Part shown: piece after piece, positions 26,946-41,545 of the stretch
How the letters are laid out: every line of letters starts with the position of its first letter
How positions within the stretch are numbered: position 1 is the first letter of the stretch
Assembly: GCA_034506315.1 (NCBI GenBank)
Contig: JAPDPT010000001.1
Location: forward strand, 128,295 to 192,294
DNA from: Candidatus Zhuqueibacterota bacterium
GTDB lineage: Bacteria; Zhuqueibacterota; Zhuqueibacteria; Oleimicrobiales; Geothermoviventaceae
Direction of reading: 5' to 3'
Length of the DNA: 64,000 bases
Program-made: the position numbers and the translations under genes
Notes under the pieces: model-generated
Told to the model about the DNA's origin: nothing
Database searches by the model: none
What the model saw: the letters and a program-made list of their open reading frames with translations, nothing else

Positions 26946-29246
26946 ATGCAACGATTCCTCCGCGCCGCGATCGTCGCCTTGGGCACCATCCTGGCGCTCC
27001 TATCCGTCGTGCTTGGTGCGGAGCTCCGCGGGGTATGGGTATCGCGGTGGGAGTACTCCGATGAGGCCGGGATCCGGGAGATGATGGCCTGGATTGCCGC
27101 GCACGGGTTCAATGTGGTTCTCTTCCAGGTGCGCGGCCAGGGCACGGTTTATTACCGCTCCGCCCTCGAACCGCAGGCCGAGATCCTGGAAAGGACCCCG
27201 GGCTGGGATCCCCTGGAAGCGGCGATCCGCGAAGCTAAGGCGCAGGGCCTCGAGCTGCACGCCTGGATCAATCTGTTCCCCGGATGGCGCGGAGAGCAGC
27301 CGCACCAGGACCCTCGGCAGCTCTGGAACAGCCACCGCGAGTGGTTCCTGAGGTCGGTGGACGGAAGGCAGGATCCCTCGGTAGCCGAATACGCTTTCCT
27401 CACCCCCACCCTTCCCTCGGTCCGGCACTACCTTCTGGAACTGGTGCGCGAGCTCTGGTCAAACTACCCGATCGACGGCGTTCACTTCGACTACATCCGC
27501 TACCCCGGGCCTGGCTACGGGCACGACCCGGAGAGCCTGTCCCTTTTCTTCCAGCGAAGCGGCTTGCGTCCGGAAGAGGACCGGCGCGCGTGGGACGAGT
27601 TTCGTCGCGAGGCCATCACGGAATTCCTGCGCAGCGTCCGGGATGCCAGGGACGCCCAGGGCAGGGAGCTGCGCATTTCAGCCGCCGTGCTGGGCGACTA
27701 CAGGCTCGGACGCGCGCTTTTCCTCCAAGACAGCCACCAATGGATGAGCGAACACCTCTTAGACGCCATCTTTCCTATGACCTACACGCCCGATACCACC
27801 CGATTCGCACGAGAGGTGCAGGAACATCTGGTGGACGCTCAGAAAACGCTCGTTTGCCCTGGGATCCTGGTGGAGCGGAATCCCAGCGCGGCTCGCGAGG
27901 TCGCTATCGTCCGTCGCGTGGGCGCCCAGGGTTTCTGCCTGTTCTCCTACGGGGCCCTGCGAAAGGCTGCACACTCGGACAGCCTGTTGCGCCTCGTCTG
28001 CCAGCCCACCCCCTCGCGGCCCTCTCAGGCGAAGATTCCCTGGCAACCGGTGGCCGCCACGCCCGGAGACCGCCGGGGGCCGAAGATTACCAGCGTGAGG
28101 CTCGTGCCGGACCACGTGCCCGCAGATGGCTCGTGGGAAGTAGAGTGCACCCTGGAGGATCCCTCCGGCATTTTGGTCCGGACCGTCCCACCGCGCTCCC
28201 CTTACGTGATCTGGACCACCGGTGCTCCCTCCGAGGGGGGACAGGTGGAGATGCTCCTGCCGCTGACCGATCGAGCCGGTCGCTTTCGGTCCGCCCGACC
28301 TCTCCCGCCAGTGCCGGCCGGTAGACCCGTCTACTATCGGATTTTTGCCGCGGATCGGAGCGACCCCGACCCGCTGCGCTGCAACTGGAGCTACACTCCC
28401 CTTGCCCGATCCTGGACCGTGCCTACGCCACGCCGCTGGCACTGGGCGGGCCGGCTGCCCGAGGCCATCTGGGGCCCCCGTTCCTGCGCCGTCGACGGTT
28501 TGGGGCAGCTCTGGGTGGTCGAGTCTCTCCGCAAGCGCCTCCGGGTGTTCGGTCCAGGCGGAGCGGAGCGGTCTTTCTCCCCCCTCGAAGCCCAGCACCT
28601 CTTGCCAGGGACGTCTGGCTCCAGCCTCGCCCTGGGCTCGGTGGCTGCCTGCAGCGAGACGGTGTACGTTGCCCTTCGGCTGAACGGCGGATACCTCGTC
28701 GCCCTCGACGCAAGCAGCGGTCAGGTTCTCCAGACGGCCAGCCTCGAGCGTCCCCCGGGGGACCTGGAAGTCCTCGATGGCGGACGTTTCGTTGCCTGCG
28801 TCCCGGATGGCTCTTGCTGGTGGGTCTTCGATCGCACGGGGAAAACCCTTGGCCCAGCGGTCTGTACCTCGCATCTGACCCAAGGAATCGCCGTGCTCCC
28901 TCAGGGAAAGGCCGTTCTTGCCACTTGTCGCTCTGAGGATTGTGTGCACATTTGGCGACAGCTCGACGCCTCGGCCCTTCTCTATCAGCCGGTGCCCGAC
29001 AATCTGCCCTTCGCAGACATTCGCATTGGAGACGTGGAGGTAGGAGCAGACGGCCACGTGCTTCTTTGCCTCACGGGAGGAGAAGCAATCCTCGAGCTCG
29101 ACTCTGGTTTCCGGGTCGTAGACGCTCTCACGGGGCCTCTGCGCGCTCCTCTCACCCTGGCCCTCTCGCCCGACGGTCGCCGCGCCTACGTGCTGGAGGC
29201 GGCAGGACTCGGTCCCGAGTTCGTCCACGTCTTCGAGCGTAAGTAG
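26946..29246 (+). CDS. Family 10 glycosylhydrolase-like protein (GHL10/DUF187 TIM barrel) with a C-terminal beta-propeller-like region.
   Basis: Signal peptide MQRFLRAAIVALGTILALLSVVLGA. LRGVWVSRWEY...HGFNVVLFQVRGQGTVYYRS...HAWINLFPGW...DGVHFDYIRYP is characteristic of GHL10. The 766-aa protein has repeated beta-strand motifs at the C-terminal end. Confidence 0.75.
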   Translation: MQRFLRAAIVALGTILALLSVVLGAELRGVWVSRWEYSDEAGIREMMAWIAAHGFNVVLFQVRGQGTVYYRSALEPQAEILERTPGWDPLEAAIREAKAQGLELHAWINLFPGWRGEQPHQDPRQLWNSHREWFLRSVDGRQDPSVAEYAFLTPTLPSVRHYLLELVRELWSNYPIDGVHFDYIRYPGPGYGHDPESLSLFFQRSGLRPEEDRRAWDEFRREAITEFLRSVRDARDAQGRELRISAAVLGDYRLGRALFLQDSHQWMSEHLLDAIFPMTYTPDTTRFAREVQEHLVDAQKTLVCPGILVERNPSAAREVAIVRRVGAQGFCLFSYGALRKAAHSDSLLRLVCQPTPSRPSQAKIPWQPVAATPGDRRGPKITSVRLVPDHVPADGSWEVECTLEDPSGILVRTVPPRSPYVIWTTGAPSEGGQVEMLLPLTDRAGRFRSARPLPPVPAGRPVYYRIFAADRSDPDPLRCNWSYTPLARSWTVPTPRRWHWAGRLPEAIWGPRSCAVDGLGQLWVVESLRKRLRVFGPGGAERSFSPLEAQHLLPGTSGSSLALGSVAACSETVYVALRLNGGYLVALDASSGQVLQTASLERPPGDLEVLDGGRFVACVPDGSCWWVFDRTGKTLGPAVCTSHLTQGIAVLPQGKAVLATCRSEDCVHIWRQLDASALLYQPVPDNLPFADIRIGDVEVGADGHVLLCLTGGEAILELDSGFRVVDALTGPLRAPLTLALSPDGRRAYVLEAAGLGPEFVHVFERK

Positions 29247-29264
29247 TCATCCGCACGGTGGCGA

Positions 29265-31355
29265 TCAGCGCCTCTTCAGTTCGACCAATCCCGCTTTCTC
29301 TAAGAGCTGCAGGTAGCGGAGCACATCGTCCATCTCGGTGGGGGAGGCGAATTCGGCGTCCAGCACATTGCGAATTTCCAGGGCGGAGCGCTTCCCGTCG
29401 ATCAATCGGCGGAGCTCTTGGGTTTTCTCCGGTGCAATGGTGGCCAGGCTGTCGCGCACGGCGGGCGGTACACTGTCCACGATCCACTCACGCCGGAAGA
29501 AGCCGTGAACCTTGGCTGTGGGCACGGGGACAATCTGCGCCGCCTCTTTCTCGGCCGAAGTGAGCCCCGGCCGCGCAGGCTCCACTCCTTTCGCCTCGCA
29601 AAGGATCGTGTAGCGCTCCCAAAGGTCCGAAAGAACGGCCGGGCCGACGTTGGCAGCGATCTTGCGCGTCAATTGCCGGATGCGAGACGCGACAACCGCG
29701 TCGCCGGGACAGAGATCCTCGATGGATCGCAGGGTGCGCTGCTCCAAATCCAAAGAAACGCTCACCACGTTCTCGGCGCGCCCGTAGGTGGCACCCAACT
29801 CGTGTGGAGGGGCAAACTCCAGCATCTCAGCCGCCCGTTGATATTCCCTGCCGATCCGGCCGAGTCCGTTGCTGAACACCTCGCCCGCAATCCGCAGTGC
29901 CATCTTGCGGTCGGCGTTCGCTACGAGAAAAGCGGCCACGGCGTTAATGAACACAGCCCGTTTTAGCTGGGTCGGGTCCATTCTGTCGGGGCGGTCCGCA
30001 GAGGAGTGGTATCCGAGATCCGGCCAGGTGATGGGCATGACCCCTGGGACCCCGACACCCCAATCGTTGAAAACCTCATGGTCCGACGCGCCGTAGTGGT
30101 ACTCGATCTGGTAGTAGAAGGGATCCCGCGAGCCGGAGGGCGCTACGATCGGCCTGCGGAATTGACGGCTGTGGATGCTCTCGCGGTTCGTTTCCGCGAC
30201 GAACTCGAAAAGGCTCTGCATCACGTCGTTCAGGTAGCTCGGCCGACTGAAAGGGGTGCGCTCCAGATTGTAGAAACTCCGATGCCGGCTCAGCCAGGCC
30301 CCCTCCATGTCGAGATTAAGGTTCACCAAGGCACGGCGCACTACATCGTCGTAGTGGGCGTCTACCCAGGGGATGGTCCCCGAGAATTCCGGCACCCAGA
30401 GGAAGAGGATGGAGCGTCGCGGCCTCTCGATGGCCCCTTGCCCCATCAGGGACAAGAGCGTGCGCCCAATCTCCAAAAGACAGGCGCTTCCGGAAATGTT
30501 GTCGTTCGCCCCCTGCTTGGCGATTCCCTCGAAAAGATGGGCCGACAGAATGACGTACCCGAGCTGAGGCTGGCGTCCACGAATCAGGGCCGTTACCACG
30601 TTGTGCCGGTAGGCCCGGTAGGCGGAGCGCACGTGCACGCGGACGCGGATCTTTTCCCCTCGCTCCAGGCGATCCCGGAGCTCCATGCCCTGGCGCACCC
30701 CAAGGTTGAAGGCGAAGCCCCTCGATCTTCGCCGCCCGCCGATGCCCATCCACGCCACCTGATCGGGATCGTCCAGAGGGTGGAGAGAAGCGAAGGACAC
30801 GACGCCCAGGGCCCCAAAGCGTTCGACCGCCATCCCGTGCAGCGCGCCCGTTGGCCCATAACCGAGCACGATCTTCCCCTCAACCTCCTTCCCCTCGTAA
30901 TCTCGCTCCGATGTGCCCCGACCCACGTAAACCAGCTCCGCCGTGGTGTCGATCGATTGGCTACCTGTGGCAAGGAAAGCGGTCAATTCGTTGTAATCGG
31001 CCAGCTTTCGCCGCCGCGGTGCAATCTCCCAGAGCTCGCCCTCCTCGCCATCCCAAATGGAGTCGGCTGGGAAGTACTCGATTGCCACCGAGTCGAACCC
31101 AATGGCCCGAGCTTGTTCCAGCACGTAAGCAGCTTCAAGGAAGGTGTCCTGGTATTCTGAAGGGGGGCGATTGCGCTCGGAGCCGGCCATGGCAAGCACA
31201 TGGCGCATCGCTCTTTCGCCCGAGCATTCGTCGATGAAGCGATCCAGCACGCTGTCCTCGAGCAAGGTCGTTTGCTGCCACGGGAAAAACTGGGCAAAGG
31301 CATTAGCCCAGAGCGCAAGCAAGAGCGCTGCACAAACGACTCCCGTCCGTTTCAT
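29265..31355 (-). CDS. M28-family zinc peptidase, secreted.
   Basis: RBS GAGGAG lies 7 nt before ATG 31355. Signal peptide MKRTGVVCAALLLALWANAFAQ. GANDNISGSACLLEIGR resembles the M28 metal-binding GADDNASG...LLE motif. About 697 aa. Confidence 0.75.
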   Translation of the reverse strand: MKRTGVVCAALLLALWANAFAQFFPWQQTTLLEDSVLDRFIDECSGERAMRHVLAMAGSERNRPPSEYQDTFLEAAYVLEQARAIGFDSVAIEYFPADSIWDGEEGELWEIAPRRRKLADYNELTAFLATGSQSIDTTAELVYVGRGTSERDYEGKEVEGKIVLGYGPTGALHGMAVERFGALGVVSFASLHPLDDPDQVAWMGIGGRRRSRGFAFNLGVRQGMELRDRLERGEKIRVRVHVRSAYRAYRHNVVTALIRGRQPQLGYVILSAHLFEGIAKQGANDNISGSACLLEIGRTLLSLMGQGAIERPRRSILFLWVPEFSGTIPWVDAHYDDVVRRALVNLNLDMEGAWLSRHRSFYNLERTPFSRPSYLNDVMQSLFEFVAETNRESIHSRQFRRPIVAPSGSRDPFYYQIEYHYGASDHEVFNDWGVGVPGVMPITWPDLGYHSSADRPDRMDPTQLKRAVFINAVAAFLVANADRKMALRIAGEVFSNGLGRIGREYQRAAEMLEFAPPHELGATYGRAENVVSVSLDLEQRTLRSIEDLCPGDAVVASRIRQLTRKIAANVGPAVLSDLWERYTILCEAKGVEPARPGLTSAEKEAAQIVPVPTAKVHGFFRREWIVDSVPPAVRDSLATIAPEKTQELRRLIDGKRSALEIRNVLDAEFASPTEMDDVLRYLQLLEKAGLVELKRR

Positions 31356-31534
31356 CTCAACTCTCCTCGATTCTGGTTCCGGCGAGACCACGGTCTCTCA
31401 GAGTGTTCGGCAACAAATCTTCGCGAACTCCCGTATCAGGTACAAGCCGTTTGTAATGCTGCGAACGGGAAGAGCCCCCGTGTCTACTCCTATGGACGGG
31501 CGGCTCTTTGCTGGCATGAGGAGGTGAAAAAGCC

Positions 31535-32323
31535 ATGCGACCGTATCTGGGATGGCTTGTGGCGCTTCTGACGATAGCCCAGGCACCCGCCCTGGCGTAC
31601 ACGGCAAGAAAAGAAGTGCGGGAGGTACGCGCCTTCGGGCCAGGCGCCCGCTTGGAGGTCCGCAATGTCAACGGCTCCATCTCGGTCCTGCCATGGGGGA
31701 TAGACAGTGTTGAAGTGTGCGCCGAGATCAGCGTGCGGGCCAAAGACCGCGAAGAGGCCGAGGACTTCCTGCAGGACGTCGAGATCGAAATCCGGCAGGT
31801 TGGGCGGCGACTGGTGGTTCAAGCCCGGCATCCCAGCGTGGCGAGCGGGTTCTGGGACTGGGTTTTCGGGCAGAGAAAGCCAGAGGCTTCGGTGGAATTT
31901 CGGATCCGCGTGCCGAAGGATGCGGACTTAGAACTCAAGACGGTCAACGGCGCGATCGAAGTGGAGGCCGTTAAGGGCAGGCTATCGTTCTCAACCACCA
32001 ACGGCCGGGTAGAAGCCCGAGACGTCGGCGGCGAGGTCGAGGCGTCCACCGTGAACGGCAGCGTGCGCGTCGAGTTCACGGAAGTGGACCCCCACGCGCG
32101 CATGGAGTTCAAGACAGTCAACGGCGGCATTCGTCTCTACCTGCCCGAAAACGTCCGCGCCGATATTGATGCCTCAACGATTAACGGGCATCTGGAAACC
32201 GACTTCCCCCTCCAGGTGACGGGGAAATACGTCGGAAGACACATTGCGGGATCCATTAACGGAGGCGGAGCCTTCTTTCGACTGCGGACGGTCAATGGCG
32301 GGATCGACATCCTCCGACGCTGA
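31535..32323 (+). CDS. DUF4097 family beta-strand repeat protein (putative adhesin, LiaG-like).
   Basis: Signal peptide MRPYLGWLVALLTIAQAPALAYT. Repeated VNG.I.V.. units (VNGSISV, TVNGAIEVEA, TTNGRVEARD, STVNGSVRVEF, TVNGGIRLYLP, STINGHLETDF). Confidence 0.7.
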   Translation: MRPYLGWLVALLTIAQAPALAYTARKEVREVRAFGPGARLEVRNVNGSISVLPWGIDSVEVCAEISVRAKDREEAEDFLQDVEIEIRQVGRRLVVQARHPSVASGFWDWVFGQRKPEASVEFRIRVPKDADLELKTVNGAIEVEAVKGRLSFSTTNGRVEARDVGGEVEASTVNGSVRVEFTEVDPHARMEFKTVNGGIRLYLPENVRADIDASTINGHLETDFPLQVTGKYVGRHIAGSINGGGAFFRLRTVNGGIDILRR

Positions 32324-32583
32324 GTCCGCTCGCGCACCGTCGTGAAAGGAACCGACCCTTCGCCTTCCGATCGGCGACAGGTCAGGCTACCGCAGCGGGA
32401 ATGCTGACGCAGGAACTGTCCTCCCTTGGCGCCTCGAAGCGTTCAATCCATCCCTGCCCCGACCGGGCGTACCCAAGGGCTTTCCTTTTCCCGCCGAGAC
32501 CAAACGACCGACGAGAGCCTCTGGCAAATCCAACGGATCCCGCCCGGGAGGCCGATAAACGGCGTGACGTGCGAATAAGGGGC

Positions 32584-32880
32584 TCAGGCCGGGCCCCGTT
32601 TCTTCACCAAAATGGAGCGCAGGACGAGCACCAAGCCGAGGGCGATCATCAAGAACGGAAGGAAAGGAATCAAGAGCAGGGCTGGGCTTAGCACCAACGA
32701 GACCAATCCTGCCATGATCGCCAGGGGGAGCACGAGGAATAGGGTGAGCATCAGCCCGACCATGCCGACCAGAATCTTCAGCGGGAGCATCAGGACGTAG
32801 AATCCCACACGAAGGACGCTGAACAGGATCTTGACGAGAAGAACCAAGCTCAGAATGGCGATAAGCAAGAGGATCTCCAT
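32584..32880 (-). CDS. Hypothetical small polytopic membrane protein.
   Basis: 98 aa, almost entirely Leu/Val/Ile-rich, probably 3 TM helices, with a basic C-terminal end KKRGPA. It could be spurious; support is hydrophobicity only. Confidence 0.4.
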   Translation of the reverse strand: MEILLLIAILSLVLLVKILFSVLRVGFYVLMLPLKILVGMVGLMLTLFLVLPLAIMAGLVSLVLSPALLLIPFLPFLMIALGLVLVLRSILVKKRGPA

Positions 32881-33126
32881 CGATTTTCCTCCCTGACTAA
32901 CTCCTCTCGGTAGCCGCCCCTAAGCCGATAGCTGCCGCACCACTTACCACGGAACCCCTGCCCGGCGAAGCGAGCTCTGCGGACGTCTTTTCAGACGGGT
33001 TGCGCTCCGGAAAGTTTCCCCCAGCCCAGATCCGCTTTCCTTCCGCTACTTCCCCCGCTTCTGCAAACTCGGGCAATCTGCCGGCGCCGGACTTTCCCCC
33101 CGAGGCGGGACGGGCCCGGGACCTGC

Positions 33127-33534
33127 TCAGCGGGGCAGTGCCCGACCCTCCACCAGCACCTTTTGGCCTACGTTCTCGAACTCCACGACGATCCGGCCAC
33201 AGCGTCCCCTGCGGTCCACCGCAATCACGCGACCTACGTCCTGGAAAACCGGATGATGGATGCGCTGGCCCACCGAATAGGTTGCGGCGGGATCATACTC
33301 CACGATCTCGGAGGGGGGCCCGGTGGGTCGATCCGTCTGGTCGTCTGGGGAGTCCACAAACCGCCCATCCGGAAGAAGACGCAAGGTCTCGATCGCATAG
33401 GTGGTGTGGCAAGCGTTGCACCGCAGCCAGGCGAGCTCCGCTTCTTCGTTCCACCCTACCAGCCGATGCTTACGCACACCTTGACAACGGCGGCACCAGC
33501 CTTCGTAGATTCTGCGATTGGAAGCACGGGCCAT
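33127..33534 (-). CDS. Hypothetical Zn-ribbon protein with a C-terminal Tudor/SH3-like (DUF3553-like, UvrD/PcrA C-terminal-like) domain.
   Basis: RBS GGAGGTGA is upstream. CRRCQG...CNACH forms a 4-Cys ribbon. The C-terminal YSVGQRIHHPVFQDVGRVIAVD...GRIVVEFENVG resembles the +VGD+V.H..FG.G.V motif of PcrA/UvrD C-terminal Tudor domains. Confidence 0.5.
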   Translation of the reverse strand: MARASNRRIYEGWCRRCQGVRKHRLVGWNEEAELAWLRCNACHTTYAIETLRLLPDGRFVDSPDDQTDRPTGPPSEIVEYDPAATYSVGQRIHHPVFQDVGRVIAVDRRGRCGRIVVEFENVGQKVLVEGRALPR

Positions 33535-33568
33535 CCCTCACCTCCGCTGATCGCTCGCAAGGGTACTT

Positions 33569-34003
33569 TTACGCTCCCGACTCCCCGGTCTCCGCATCGC
33601 CGGCTGCTCCCTGATTCGCCGCCTGCCCCCCTCGCTCCCTGTTCTCCCGTAGTCTACCTTGGGGGAATTGCACCCATTTGGCGTTGACCTGAAGGTACGT
33701 CTGCTGCCCGCTGGCTCCAGAGGCACTGGCCGTCTGCAGCTCGCCAATGATGACCACCTGATCTCCCTTGCGTAGGAGGCGGTGGCAGTGCTCGGCGAGA
33801 TTGGACCAGGCCACAATGCGGATGTAGCTTCGCTCCTCCCTCGGAGGACCCTCAGGCTGTGGTTCCAACCGCACCGACGCAATGGTGAAATTGGTCACAG
33901 GGACACCCCGCCGCGTCGAGCGTAAAGGAGGATCTACCAGCACCTCTCCCGAAATCACCACGCGGTTTACATCCGGAAGGTCGTATTTCGTAGGAACGCT
34001 CAT
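33569..34003 (-). CDS. ssb: Single-stranded DNA-binding protein (OB fold), atypical: no C-terminal acidic DDDIPF tip.
   Basis: MSVPTKYDLPDVNRVVISGEVLVDPPLRSTRRGVPVTNFTIASVR...RIVAWSNLAEHCHRLLRKGDQVVIIGELQT follows the SSB OB-fold pattern. The Gly/Gln-rich tail ends ...ETGESGA. The start was trimmed to ATG 34003, downstream of the terminator hairpin that the longer ORF runs through. Confidence 0.65.
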   Translation of the reverse strand: MSVPTKYDLPDVNRVVISGEVLVDPPLRSTRRGVPVTNFTIASVRLEPQPEGPPREERSYIRIVAWSNLAEHCHRLLRKGDQVVIIGELQTASASGASGQQTYLQVNAKWVQFPQGRLRENRERGGQAANQGAAGDAETGESGA

Positions 34004-34033
34004 CTCCTCTACCTCGGGGTTCACTCCGGCTCC

Positions 34034-34070
34034 CAAAGCAAAAACGGGCAAAACCCGGTGGGTTTTGCCC
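34034..34070 (-). terminator. Rho-independent terminator (minus strand) downstream of gltD.
   Basis: Perfect 11-bp stem GGGCAAAACCC / GGGTTTTGCCC with a 3-nt loop. On the minus strand it is followed by GTTTTTGCTTTG. Confidence 0.6.
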
Positions 34071-34250
34071 ATCTCAAAAACCTGCCACTCCCTCCTGTAT
34101 CTTCGGGTTACGATTCAATCGCAAGGGCTCCCTTCTTACGTTCGTTTCACGCACACCTAATGATATCGATTTCCATTTCGAATGTCAAGCCCGTTGTGGT
34201 CCGTGGGAGTTCGCCTGCTGCTGCTGTTGGCGCCCGTGCACGCCCATCCG

Positions 34251-35673
34251 CTACAAGGACGCCAGGAAGCGGTCCACGCTTTCCGCAACCTTCCTCCCGT
34301 GCCGGATGGCCTTCACGACCAAGGAGGCACCCATCGCGGCGTCGCCGGCCACAAACACCCCGGGGACGCTTGTCCTCTGCTGGTCATCCGCCTGGATGGT
34401 GCCGCGGCCATCCAATGCCACCCCCAGTCCTCGGATCAGGGGGCCGTGCTCGGGTCCTTCAAACCCCATGGCCAGCAGAACGAGATCAGCGGGCAGAAGA
34501 CGCTCGCTCCCCGGCACCTCCCGGAATTCCCAGCGGCCGTTGCCCTCCCCGACGAACCACTCCACCTCTGCGATGCGCAGCGCCGTCACGTGACCGCCTG
34601 AGCCCACGAATTCTTTCGTGGTCACGCTCCACAGACGGTCGCAGCCCTCCTCATGGGAGCTTGAGTTGCGCAGAACCCGCGGCCAGGTCGGCCAGGGATT
34701 GTCGGGAGGACGTTCCAAGGGCGGTCGCGGGAGTATCTCCAGTTGAGTGATCGAGCTCGCCCCCTGTCGGCGCGCCGTGCCCACGCAGTCACTACCCGTG
34801 TCGCCGCCTCCCACGACCACCACCCTCTTCCCCTTGGCAGAAATCCTCTGAGCTGCGGGGATCGTTTCACCCGCCAGGACGCGATTCTGCTGGGTCAGAA
34901 ACTCCATCGCGAAGTGGACGCCCCGGAGATTGCGGCCGGGCACCTGCAGATCTCTTGGCTTGCCCGCACCGATGGTCAGAACGATGGCGTCAAACGTCCG
35001 CCGTAGGTAGCGGATGCTCACATCGACCCCCACGTCTACCTCGGTCTCGAACTTCACCCCCTCCTCGATCAGCTGGCCGAGCCGGCGGTCGATTACCCAC
35101 TTCTCCAGCTTGAAGTCGGGGATCCCGTAGCGGAGGATTCCTCCCGGACGCGGCTGCCTTTCGAAGACGACCACCTCATGGCCTCTGCGGGCCAGCTGCT
35201 GGGCCGCGGCAAGCCCCGCCGGTCCCGAGCCGATGACCGCCACTCTTCTGCCGGTGCGGAAGGGTGCGGGCTCGGGCCGAATCCACTCCTCCTGCCAACC
35301 AAGCTCGGCCAGGGTCAGCTCGATCTGTCGGATAGCCACGGCCTTTCGATTGATGGCCAGAGTGCAGGCAGCCTCGCACGGCGCAGGGCAGACGCGTCCG
35401 GTGATCTCCGGGAAGTTGTTCGTCGCGTGGAGCACCTCCAGGGCGCGGCGATAATGGCGCCGATACACGAGGTCATTCCAATCGGGAATGCGATTTTGGG
35501 TGGGGCATCCGAACATGTGGCAGTGGGGCACTCCGCAGTCCATACACCGTGCAGCCTGGCGGTGGAGCTGCTCGCTGCTGAGCCAGGACTCAAACTCCCG
35601 GAAGTCGCGGATTCGGGTCTCCACGCTCCGCTTGGTCGCTTCCTCCCGGTCGTACTCCAAGAAGCCAAGGAGC

Positions 35674-35681
<8 letters not shown>
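34251..35681 (-). CDS. gltD: Glutamate synthase (NADPH) small subunit.
   Basis: Fe-S Cys cluster CMDCGVPHCH...CP and dinucleotide folds VAVIGSGPAGLAAAQQLARRGHEVVVFE and VVVVGGGDTGSDCVGT, typical of GltD. Confidence 0.9.
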
Positions 35682-40227
<4,546 letters not shown>

Positions 40228-40577
40228 CTCATTGTCCCCAAATGAAACGGCTAAAAGTATGAGAACCGCCTGCCCCGAGATTTCTTCCGATGCTTGGGTA
40301 CTACAACGAGTTGGAGAACGCGCGGGAGGTCAGGGCCTCGTAGCGACGCTCAGAAGGGCAATATTGGGATGGTAATTCGCGGAGAGGCTCCGAAGGCGCG
40401 CCTCACCCACCGGGTGCCGTGGGCAACCGCTGGGAACGCAGGCGAGGGAAAGGTACCCCTTGATTTTCGTAGAAACTTAGGCATTTCTGAGCGCTCGCCT
40501 TCGGACCATCGAAAGCTGCCCTAAGATACAAAAACTCCCCTCATCTGCAAAGGAATTTTCAACCCCCTCGGCCGGGG

Positions 40578-40609
40578 GAATAAAGGAAGCGGGGCTCGTA
40601 CCCCGCTTC
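40578..40609 (-). terminator. Probable intrinsic terminator for the DUF5679 gene (minus strand).
   Basis: 9-bp perfect stem GAAGCGGGG / CCCCGCTTC (40586-40609) with a 6-nt loop. On the minus strand it is followed by CTTTATT. A second GC hairpin CCCCC-TCGGCC-GGGGG lies at 40563-40578. Confidence 0.45.
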
Positions 40610-40647
40610 CACCTACTACAATCCCTTTGTCCAGGCTCCGCCTTCGG

Positions 40648-40791
40648 CTACTTCTTGGCGGGCAAGATCTTGAACATCGCCGTTCCGCACTTGCTGCACT
40701 TCCCTTTCAGAGCTGGCCGGCCGTTCTTCATGGTCACTTGCTGGACGCCGGTCATCTCCGTCTTCGTCCTGCACTTGACACAATAGGCCAT
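40648..40791 (-). CDS. DUF5679-like zinc-ribbon micro-protein (47 aa).
   Basis: MAYCVKCRTKTEMTGVQQVTMKNGRPALKGKCSKCGTAMFKILPAKK has two CxxC pairs about 28 aa apart and a basic tail. The printed 102-aa ORF was trimmed to the ATG at 40791. Confidence 0.6.
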   Translation of the reverse strand: MAYCVKCRTKTEMTGVQQVTMKNGRPALKGKCSKCGTAMFKILPAKK

Positions 40792-41074
40792 CTCTGCCAC
40801 GGCTTCCTCCTCCGCTTGTTTCAGGACCTTCTCTCCTCTCGTCCACCCCTTATGAAGGCCACTTACCGCCCCTCGGGCGAGCGGTTGCTTCAGACCTCCG
40901 ACGCAAGATAGAAAATCCCCCCGAATTGTCAAGCGTAAAGTTGCGGGCCCAAGCACGAAACCCCGGTTCCCCCCACCGGGCCGGGGCGGTCCAACCCGAA
41001 CGCTGGGAAAAACGGGTTGCTAATGCGGCCGTTTCTTGTAAATTCCGAGCCGACAAGACTGGGAGCGCGCGCCC

Positions 41075-41545
41075 ATGAAGCTGGCCGATCTACTTTCCGA
41101 ACAGGTGATTAAGATTCCCTTAGAAGCCACCCGTAAGGAGGAGGTCATCGAGGAGCTGATCGACCTTCTCGTGCGGGCAGGCAAGGTCGAGGATAAGGAG
41201 AAGATCCTGGCTGCCGTGCTGGAGCGGGAGCGCCTGATGAGTACGGCGGTGGGAGACGGGGTAGCTATCCCGCACGGAAAAGCAGAGGGGGTGCGCGAGC
41301 TCGCTGCCTGCTTCGGAAAGACCAAGGAGGCGATCGACTTCCAATCGCTTGACGATCAGCCCGTGCGATTGGTGTTCATGCTCGTCGGTCCGCCTGAAAT
41401 CACAGGTCCGCATCTCAAAGCACTGAGTCGCATCTCGCGGCTCCTTCACAAGAAGGACTTCCGCGAGAAACTCCTTGCCGCTCGAACGCCGCGGGAAGTA
41501 CTGAACACGATTGCGAACGAGGAAGCCCGCCTATTCGAGCTATGA
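41075..41545 (+). CDS. ptsN: PTS EIIA(Ntr)-type regulatory protein (fructose/mannitol-family IIA domain).
   Basis: MKLADLLSEQVIKIPLEATRKEEVIEELIDLL...GDGVAIPHGKAEGV (His phosphorylation site in the AIPHG context)...LVFMLVGPPE; 156 aa. Confidence 0.8.
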   Translation: MKLADLLSEQVIKIPLEATRKEEVIEELIDLLVRAGKVEDKEKILAAVLERERLMSTAVGDGVAIPHGKAEGVRELAACFGKTKEAIDFQSLDDQPVRLVFMLVGPPEITGPHLKALSRISRLLHKKDFREKLLAARTPREVLNTIANEEARLFEL

